A stretch of DNA of 64,000 nt from Prosthecobacter debontii. Lineage in GTDB: Bacteria; Verrucomicrobiota; Verrucomicrobiia; Verrucomicrobiales; Verrucomicrobiaceae. A program made the translations under genes and the position numbers. The notes below the pieces were generated by a model that was not told the DNA's origin, searched no databases, and saw only the letters and a program-made list of their open reading frames with translations. The stretch is from contig CALRWM010000001.1 of the NCBI GenBank assembly GCA_943371875.1, positions 79,409 to 143,408 on the forward strand. The letters are read 5' to 3'. This document shows, piece after piece, positions 57,404 to 64,000 of the stretch; within the stretch, counting starts at the first letter, position 1, and every line of letters starts with the position of its first letter.

Positions 57404-58190
57404 ATTCGCTGGTCTGGATGTAGTCCAGATCATCGCACTCGTGGTAGCCGTCCAAGAGCATGCCGCGCAGCAGCTGGATGAATTCCATCCCGCCGAGGCC
57501 GCGAAAGATGAGGAGATCGAGTTTGCCGTCGGTGTTGGAAGCATTGCGGAACAGGGGAAAGGGCCCGCCGTAGTGTTTGCCATTGCCCACCAGAACCACG
57601 GTGCCGAGCATGGGTGCTTTGCCTTCGATTTTCACGCTGAGTGTCGGCGGGGTCCGCATCAGCACGTTTACGGCGCTCATGACGTAGCTCAGAGGGCCGT
57701 ATTTTTTCTTCGCTTCCCAGGAGGTCTCCTGGACGATCTGGGCGTCGAGACCGACCCCGGCGAGCTGGGCGAAGTACATGTCGTTCGCCATCCATAGATC
57801 CACCTCACGGCGCTGGCCGCTGGTGATTTCCCGCCAGCAGCCTTCGATGTCGCGACCGGGCAGCTTCAGTTCCACGGAAAAGACATTCATGGTTCCCAGC
57901 GGCAGAACACCGATTGCCGTGTGCTTTTCACCGGGTTTGCGGCGGGCGTTGGACCGGCAGATGCCCTGCAGCACCTCGTTCATGGTGCCGTCTCCACCGG
58001 CGGCCACGACGAGTTCGTGACCTTCGGTGGCAAGGCGCTCTGCCATCGCCGTAGCATCCGCAGGGCCGGTGGTCAGGTGGAGCTCCGGCTCTGGAGAGAG
58101 CCTGCGCAGGGCATGCTCGAGGGAGGCGGCTTTTGTGCTGCGGGCGGCTGGGTTCAGAATGACCGGGATGGGCATGAGGGCGGCATTCAT
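57285..58190 (-). CDS. Diacylglycerol/lipid kinase family protein (YegS/DagK-like)
   Basis: ILNPAA, AAGGDGTMNEV, LPLGTMNVF, GVGLDA, GNGKHYGG, DGKLD, LDGE. Confidence 0.92.
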   Translation of the reverse strand: MNAALMPIPVILNPAARSTKAASLEHALRRLSPEPELHLTTGPADATAMAERLATEGHELVVAAGGDGTMNEVLQGICRSNARRKPGEKHTAIGVLPLGTMNVFSVELKLPGRDIEGCWREITSGQRREVDLWMANDMYFAQLAGVGLDAQIVQETSWEAKKKYGPLSYVMSAVNVLMRTPPTLSVKIEGKAPMLGTVVLVGNGKHYGGPFPLFRNASNTDGKLDLLIFRGLGGMEFIQLLRGMLLDGYHECDDLDYIQTSEFTVTTDRGEAPVELDGELADLTAPVVFRPAPFRLSVSAG

Positions 58191-58231
58191 GGCACGTTGC
58201 GAGGACTTCGCAAAGTCTCATGCCGGAACGC

Positions 58232-58249
58232 TTGTGAAACTTTTCACAA
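58232..58249. promoter_or_regulatory. Perfect TTGTGAA-N4-TTCACAA palindrome (Rex operator; also fits CRP TGTGA-N6-TCACA)
   Basis: TTGTGAAACTTTTCACAA directly upstream of TTGCCC-N16-GATAAT (58257-58284) and nuoG. Confidence 0.7.
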
Positions 58250-58311
58250 AATCGGGTTGCCCCTCCCCGAGCGGCTCCGATAATCGTCCCCAGCCCCTTT
58301 CCCCTTCGCTC

Positions 58312-60048
58312 ATGCCTGCCCCCGCCGAAGCTCCCGCCCCAGTTGCCGCTCCACCGCCTGTTGATCTCGTGAATGTACAGATCGACGGTGTCTGGCACAA
58401 GTTCCCCAAAGGCACGCGGATGATCGAGGCGTGCAAGCAGGCCAAGAAGGAAGTTCCCCACTACTGCTACCACCCGAAACTCTCCTCCCCCGGCAACTGC
58501 CGCATGTGTTTGGTGGAGATGGGCATGCCGCCACGTCCGGCCCCGGGCACCGAGCCTGAGAAAGACGAGCATGGCATGCCGAAGATCGGCTGGATGCCGC
58601 GCCCGGTGATTGCCTGCGCCAACACTATTGCTGAAGGCATGGGCATCCGCACGGAGTCCGTCCTCACGCAGGAGTGCCGCAAAGGCGTGATGGAGTTCCT
58701 TCTGATCAATCATCCGCTCGACTGCCCGATCTGCGATCAGGCAGGCGAGTGCCGCCTGCAGGAGTTCAGCGTGGAGCACGGCAAAGGCGAGAGCCGCTTC
58801 CGTGAAGACAAGGTCAAGAAGCCGAAGAACGTCGACATCGGCCCACGTGTGCGTCTTGATGACGAGCGCTGCATCATGTGCAGCCGCTGCATCCGCTTCA
58901 CCGCTGAGATCGCCGACGAGCCTGTGCTCGGCTTCACCGAACGAGGCAGTTTCACCACGCTGGCCGTGCATCCTGGCAAGCGTCTGGAGCACAACTACTC
59001 GCTCAACACGGTGGACATCTGCCCAGTGGGCGCTCTGACCTCCAACGACTTCCGCTTCCAGCAGCGCGTCTGGTTCCTTAACGAAACGAACAGCATCTGC
59101 ACCGGCTGCGGCCGTGGCTGCAACATGGAGATCAGCGCCCGTGGTGACACGATCTACCGCCAGACTCCGCGCGACAACAATGACGTCAACTCCACCTGGA
59201 TGTGTGACAGCGGCCGTCTCGACTTTCACTTCGTGAACAGCGAGTTCCGCCTCACGGATCCGATGATCAAGTCGGGTGGCAAACATCAGATCGCCACCTG
59301 GAAGACAGCGCTGAGCAACATCGCCACGGCTCTCGCGGGCAAGAAGGGCGAGGAGATCGCCATCATCGCCAGCGCCCGCATGACGAACGAAGAACTATTC
59401 TTCGTGAAGCATCTGGCTGCGCAGCTCGGCACCACGAATGTGGATGTCATTCCACGTACCGGCGGCGCTGACAATTACCTTCGTGCTGACGACCTCAATC
59501 CGAACACGAATGGTGCGAAGCTGATTCTGGGCATCGAACCCGGTGCCAAGCTGGCTGAGATCACTGAACTCATGAGCCGTGGCCGTCTGCGGGTGGTTCT
59601 CGCTCTTGGTGAGAACCTGCTCAAAGTTGGATTTTCCCAGCGTGACCTCGAAAAGGTATCGTTCATCGCCTCGCTGCATATCCTTGCCAATGCGAGTGCC
59701 GAACTGAGCGACGTTGTGCTCCCGGGCACTGCTTACGCTGAAAAGCGCGGCAGCATGATCAATGTCACCGGTCGACTTCAGCGGCTGAACAAGGCCGTCA
59801 AAATCCCTGGCAACGCGCACGACACCTGGGAGATTTTGCGCGATCTCATCGTCGCCTGCGGAGGCTCGAACGGCATCCATACTGTGGAAGATGTGTTCAA
59901 GCGTCTCAGCACTGAAGTCCCCGCCCTGAGTGGACTGACCTTTTCCAAGATTGGTGATCTCGGTGTGCAGGTGCTTGAAACCGGTGAGAAGATCCCGCTG
60001 CTGGAGCGCGAGAAAGAGCGCAAGGCTAAGGGGATTATCGTGGGGTGA
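58312..60048 (+). CDS. nuoG: NADH-quinone oxidoreductase subunit G (short form), not in a nuo operon
   Basis: PHYCYHPKLS..GNCRMCLVE, INHPLDCPICDQAGECRLQ, ERCIMCSRCIRF, VDICPVGALT, CTGCGRGC, WMCDSGR. Confidence 0.93.
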   Translation: MPAPAEAPAPVAAPPPVDLVNVQIDGVWHKFPKGTRMIEACKQAKKEVPHYCYHPKLSSPGNCRMCLVEMGMPPRPAPGTEPEKDEHGMPKIGWMPRPVIACANTIAEGMGIRTESVLTQECRKGVMEFLLINHPLDCPICDQAGECRLQEFSVEHGKGESRFREDKVKKPKNVDIGPRVRLDDERCIMCSRCIRFTAEIADEPVLGFTERGSFTTLAVHPGKRLEHNYSLNTVDICPVGALTSNDFRFQQRVWFLNETNSICTGCGRGCNMEISARGDTIYRQTPRDNNDVNSTWMCDSGRLDFHFVNSEFRLTDPMIKSGGKHQIATWKTALSNIATALAGKKGEEIAIIASARMTNEELFFVKHLAAQLGTTNVDVIPRTGGADNYLRADDLNPNTNGAKLILGIEPGAKLAEITELMSRGRLRVVLALGENLLKVGFSQRDLEKVSFIASLHILANASAELSDVVLPGTAYAEKRGSMINVTGRLQRLNKAVKIPGNAHDTWEILRDLIVACGGSNGIHTVEDVFKRLSTEVPALSGLTFSKIGDLGVQVLETGEKIPLLEREKERKAKGIIVG

Positions 60049-60148
60049 TCTAAGCTGAGTATTTAGAGGGTGCGTCTGGCAGGAGATTTTTTAATCGAAA
60101 TGCATCGCGGTCTGGCAATGCGCGGGTGTGTTCTGCTATGTTCCGGCA

Positions 60149-63100
60149 ATGCGCCTGAAATACGTGCTTTTATGTTTGCCTGGCCTCGCCTGGGCTACGA
60201 TTGCCTGCGGGCACATCGGAGCTTTGGATGAGTACCCGGAACGATTTCCCGGCAAAACATTGCATGCCATTGCCCATGAGTGGGAGCCTCCGCAGGAAAA
60301 TGCAATGGATGAACTGGACCTGTTCAACGCTGTCCAAGCACTCGTATTCAAGTGGAAGGAGCTGCCGCTGGATGCGCTGAAAAAACGCATTGCCTCTCTG
60401 CTGGAGGAAAATCGCCGGGGGGAGTACCGCAAACGCTTCGCCAATGCGCTTCTCGACATGGATGATCTTCTGGCCGGGGGAGAGGCGGGTCATTCCGAAG
60501 AGGTGGCGGACTACTTGGACTGGCGCCTGGATCATCTGGATGCAGACGATGGCTTCTTTGACGAGATGGCGTCCGGACAATGGGATGACACTCAAAAGCA
60601 GAGTGAAGAGCGAACGAGGAAGTGGGAAGCTGAGAGGCACAAGGAAGTTTCAGAGATCAGTGTGAAGGCAGACACGGCCTCGGTGATTTTGCGCCCGCAC
60701 TGGCTCGTTCAATGCGGAGCCCTGGAGTTTCGTCATCGTCGATATCAGCAGGCGGCTGCCTATTTCGAAAGGGTGTTTGCGGCATTTCCAAATCATCCGC
60801 GAACTGAGGTGGCGGTGCTGATGCTGGCACGGATGAAGTTTGATGAGTGGAAGCAGGCGCGCAAAACCTGGGAGCATGATGTCCCCAAAGAAAATCGACT
60901 GGAGAGCGAGACACGGCTGGCGTTTGAACGGTATAAAAATCTCTATTCCAAAGGACGCTTCGTGGCTGACGTCATCGGCTGGGAAGCGGGCAGAGCACGT
61001 GAGAAGGAGGATTTGAGCGAAGCGATGGAGGGCTTTTTGCTGCAGGCTCAGACGCCGAACCACCCTGAAATTCGGCGTCGTGCTTTTCAGCAGATTGAGT
61101 GGATGCTGGGTGATCTCGCAGAGAACCCGGACAAGCTGGATGGATTGCCATGGGACAAAATTGCGGCTGAACCCTGCGTGGCGCTACGCATGGGCTATTT
61201 CATGCTCGACTGCGAAAGCGAGAGCGATCTCGGAGCCATGATGTTTCGGCGTTCGGGGGAAGATCATCGGGTGTTGGAGTCGCTGGCTCCCACACTCGTG
61301 GCGGTGCGTTCAGCGGCAAAGCCTGCGTGGAGAGCGCTTGATGCGGCACTCGCCGCCAACAACGATGCATATCATGGCAGCAAGGGCATCATACGCGATG
61401 TGCTGCATGGCTGGTCGGCTATCGTGCGCGGAGAACCCGGTCTGGTACCCGTGGTGGTGAAGGCACAGACGCAAGGGGTGGGCGCGGATGATGCGCTGCT
61501 CGTGTGGGCGCTTGCCCAATTGAAAATGGGTCTTGCTGCCGAGGGCATCCGAGGTCTAGACCAGTTGGATGAATTGTGTCCGTCTTCGCCCTTGCGTCGT
61601 GGCGGTGATTTGCGGCGTATCGACGCGTGGCTGGAGCTGCGCCAGCCTGCGGTCGCGATTGCGTTGCTGTGGGACATGCTCAGCGGTAAGGGAACGGCCG
61701 TCTATAAACACGACATTGATGAGAGTCCACCGCTGCATCTGCATGGGGAGGTGTCGCAGCGCATGTCGGCATTGCTGACTTTCGCACCGCTGGCCGAACT
61801 TGAAAAAGCTTCTGCTGCCGAGGGGGTGGCAGCAGAACTGAGAGACACGCTGCGTGGGGCTTTGCGAGTGCGTCATCTCAGCGAGGGGCGCTTCGCTGAA
61901 TCGCTGCGTTTTGCCGAAGAGGCTGACTTCCAAGGCTGGGACCAGTGGCATCAAGGCTGGGGCGACAAACCCGTGAATGCAGCAAACGAGTGGAGAACGA
62001 GGGTGTCTGCGCTGCAACGAGTGAGCGATGAGGTGGAGAAGTCCAGCGGTGAGGCCACGACCGAGGCCTGGATGGTTCTTGGCGACGCCTGGGGGCAGCA
62101 GCTATGGCGACTGCTGGATGGCGGCCGCACCAGCATAGCTGAACTGCCGCCCGCATCCTATGAACTGCGGCATCATGCGCGGATTCTTGGCCTGAGCGAT
62201 GCTGCGGCAGCGACGATGCTCGATCAGCGGCAGGAGACGGTGCATGCCATCCGTTGTTACGAAGAGGCGCTGAAGCTTGCGCCCAAGGGGAGTGCGGCTT
62301 CGCTCAAGGCGTTGCTGGCTCTGCAAGAAGCACTGCGCACGCGGGCGGAGTTTTCCGCCTACTGCAGGGACCGGTCCGTGGAGATCAATGCCGCCGCGGA
62401 GTCACGGATGCTGCATGGGCGCATCCTCTCCGAACATCCGAACACGGACGCGGCGCGGCAGGCGGTGTGGTGGACGTTTAAACCTTCGCGCACTTTGGGA
62501 GAGTGGCAGCCGGGTGTGTCAGGACTGTTTGGACGCGAGGTGGAGCTTGCGGCGTTGCTGACTTCAGCGGAGCGCGCAAGCTACTGGACTGATGACTGGG
62601 AGACCACCTCGGCGATCAAAACGATCACCGAAAAATTAAAAGCCACCCTGGCCAGTGAAACCAGCGTCACGCAACTGCGTGCGGTCATCGCGGGGCTGAG
62701 GCGGGATGCGCGGCGTGAGGCACCTGTGGCGAAGGCTGGGGCATTGCTGAATCATCTCGACGATCTTGATCTGCTGCTGACGGCTGCGGGTGTCAGCGAA
62801 GAAGCGCGCAAGGCGTACTTTGAGGCCCGCATGAGCGGCAGTCCGCTGGATGCCAGTGCAGAGATGTTTGCGCCGATGCAGGACTTCGTGGCGTTTTGGA
62901 ATGCGGCCATCACGCCTTCGACCACTGTGATGACTGCGGCAGAAGAAAAGCTCATGGCGGAGAATCCAGCGCGTGGGACGCGCCAGCGCATCGCCCAGGC
63001 GCAGGTGTGCCGCATGCAGGAGTTTGTGGTGAAGTTTCCGCAGAGTGTGAAGCGGGAGGCGGCGCTGGCCCGTCTGGCCATCAACACGCTGCGTCAGTCC

Positions 63101-63586
63101 CGCTGCCACTGCGGCATGGGATGGATCAACAAGGTCGAAGAAGCCACGACGGCGTATGTGGGGTTTGAGATTGAGCGGGGCATCACGTTTGATCGTGCTG
63201 CGGTGACTGCCGCGCTGGATGCGTATGACCGCGAGTTCCCGCAGGGGCGCTATCACTGGGATGTGCTGCTCATGCGTGGCATCGCGGCTGCTGAAATGAA
63301 TGACTGGCCCGTGGCCATGCGCCATTTGGTGGGAGTGCTTGAAAATGCTGAGCAGCGCAGCCTGCACCTGGATGCCAGCAACAACTTGTGTGCCATTTTC
63401 ATGGAACTGCTTACGCCGGAGCAGCGGCCCGCGATCATTGAGGCGGTGAAATCCACGCCCGGAGCGTGGCAGAAGCTCGACACTTTTATTTTCAGCCCGA
63501 CCTGCGGCTGGCGGTTGCGTGTTTTGCTGGACTGGCTGGAGACTCAGCGGGGGAACGAAGCGGTGGGAGCGAGACAAAAGCAGTGA
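60149..63586 (+). CDS. Large exported TPR/alpha-solenoid protein
   Basis: Signal peptide ending near ACG; repeated YfiO-like units (AAAYFERVFAAFPNHPRTEVA, ILSEHPNTDAA, FVVKFPQSVKREAA, YDREFPQGRY). Confidence 0.7.
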   Translation: MRLKYVLLCLPGLAWATIACGHIGALDEYPERFPGKTLHAIAHEWEPPQENAMDELDLFNAVQALVFKWKELPLDALKKRIASLLEENRRGEYRKRFANALLDMDDLLAGGEAGHSEEVADYLDWRLDHLDADDGFFDEMASGQWDDTQKQSEERTRKWEAERHKEVSEISVKADTASVILRPHWLVQCGALEFRHRRYQQAAAYFERVFAAFPNHPRTEVAVLMLARMKFDEWKQARKTWEHDVPKENRLESETRLAFERYKNLYSKGRFVADVIGWEAGRAREKEDLSEAMEGFLLQAQTPNHPEIRRRAFQQIEWMLGDLAENPDKLDGLPWDKIAAEPCVALRMGYFMLDCESESDLGAMMFRRSGEDHRVLESLAPTLVAVRSAAKPAWRALDAALAANNDAYHGSKGIIRDVLHGWSAIVRGEPGLVPVVVKAQTQGVGADDALLVWALAQLKMGLAAEGIRGLDQLDELCPSSPLRRGGDLRRIDAWLELRQPAVAIALLWDMLSGKGTAVYKHDIDESPPLHLHGEVSQRMSALLTFAPLAELEKASAAEGVAAELRDTLRGALRVRHLSEGRFAESLRFAEEADFQGWDQWHQGWGDKPVNAANEWRTRVSALQRVSDEVEKSSGEATTEAWMVLGDAWGQQLWRLLDGGRTSIAELPPASYELRHHARILGLSDAAAATMLDQRQETVHAIRCYEEALKLAPKGSAASLKALLALQEALRTRAEFSAYCRDRSVEINAAAESRMLHGRILSEHPNTDAARQAVWWTFKPSRTLGEWQPGVSGLFGREVELAALLTSAERASYWTDDWETTSAIKTITEKLKATLASETSVTQLRAVIAGLRRDARREAPVAKAGALLNHLDDLDLLLTAAGVSEEARKAYFEARMSGSPLDASAEMFAPMQDFVAFWNAAITPSTTVMTAAEEKLMAENPARGTRQRIAQAQVCRMQEFVVKFPQSVKREAALARLAINTLRQSRCHCGMGWINKVEEATTAYVGFEIERGITFDRAAVTAALDAYDREFPQGRYHWDVLLMRGIAAAEMNDWPVAMRHLVGVLENAEQRSLHLDASNNLCAIFMELLTPEQRPAIIEAVKSTPGAWQKLDTFIFSPTCGWRLRVLLDWLETQRGNEAVGARQKQ

Positions 63587-63620
63587 ACCTGCGGCAATTT
63601 GGGCTTATAGAAGCCGGTAC

Positions 63621-64000
63621 ATGTCCACCCTCCCCAAACCTGAACTTTTGTCTCCTGCCGGTAACTGGGACTGTGCCCGTGCGGCGGTGGCGAACGGGGC
63701 GGATGCGATCTTTTTTGGCATGCCGCGTTTCAATGCGCGTCTGCGGGCGGACAATTTTATTGAGGAAGATCTGCCGGAGCTGATGAAGTTTCTGCATGAC
63801 CATGGGGTGAAAGGGTATGTGGCCTTCAACACGCTCATCTTCACGAAGGAGCTGCCGGATGCGGAGAAGCAGCTGCACCTGCTGGAGGACAGCGGGGTGG
63901 ATGCGGTGATCGTGCAGGACCTGGGACTGGCGCGGATGGTGAAGGCGCTGACGCCGAAGCTGCGGCTGCATGCGAGCACGCAGATGACGATTACCTCCCC
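63621..64000 (+). CDS. U32 peptidase-family protein (RlhA/TrhP-like RNA hydroxylase), partial
   Basis: PELLSPAGN..AAVANGADAIFFG..FNARLRADNF, YVAFNTLI, GVDAVIVQDLG, LHASTQMT. Confidence 0.92.
   Translation, partial: MSTLPKPELLSPAGNWDCARAAVANGADAIFFGMPRFNARLRADNFIEEDLPELMKFLHDHGVKGYVAFNTLIFTKELPDAEKQLHLLEDSGVDAVIVQDLGLARMVKALTPKLRLHASTQMTITS

Noticed and set aside
58027-58311. 95-codon N-terminal extension of NuoG in the ORF track
   Set aside because: It overlaps the divergent lipid kinase gene and the promoter/operator; the NuoG homology starts after ATG 58312.

Overview
High-GC chromosomal window from a Verrucomicrobiota bacterium, probably Verrucomicrobiaceae/Prosthecobacter-like. This is inferred from the PVC signature small basic protein, a planctomycete-type cytochrome c, a LysM gene inside the dcw cluster and a PVC-style lectin receptor kinase. 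Most of it is housekeeping: the miaB end, dnaE, rlmB, cobB, a partial dcw cluster (rsmH-ftsL-ftsI-murE-murF-mraY-murD-LysM-ftsW-murG), nadB, an Hsp70, trpD, gatB, rluB, a stand-alone nuoG and a U32 protein. Accessory material sits between these genes. (1) A 7.3-kb CzcCBA/CusCBA-like efflux plus two-component module lies between an intact tRNA-Val(TAC) and a degenerate direct copy of that tRNA's 5' half, with no integrase. (2) An orphan Imm10-like immunity gene is bracketed by inverted GAATGAC heptamer arrays. (3) A RelE/HigB-like toxin-antitoxin pair has an in-frame TAA in the toxin. (4) Many intergenic regions are mosaics of 6-, 7- and 9-mer tandem arrays and REP-like hairpins, some supplying start or stop codons of adjacent genes. 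Also notable: a GH10-like protein with His in place of the catalytic acid/base Glu, a perfect Rex/CRP-type palindrome ahead of nuoG, a second RsmH paralogue, a histone-H1-like/Ig fusion gene divergent from the dcw cluster, and 5-10 kb domains of strong G-versus-C strand skew independent of gene orientation. No CRISPR array, rRNA, integrase or transposase was seen. All family assignments come from motif recognition by eye, not database searches.
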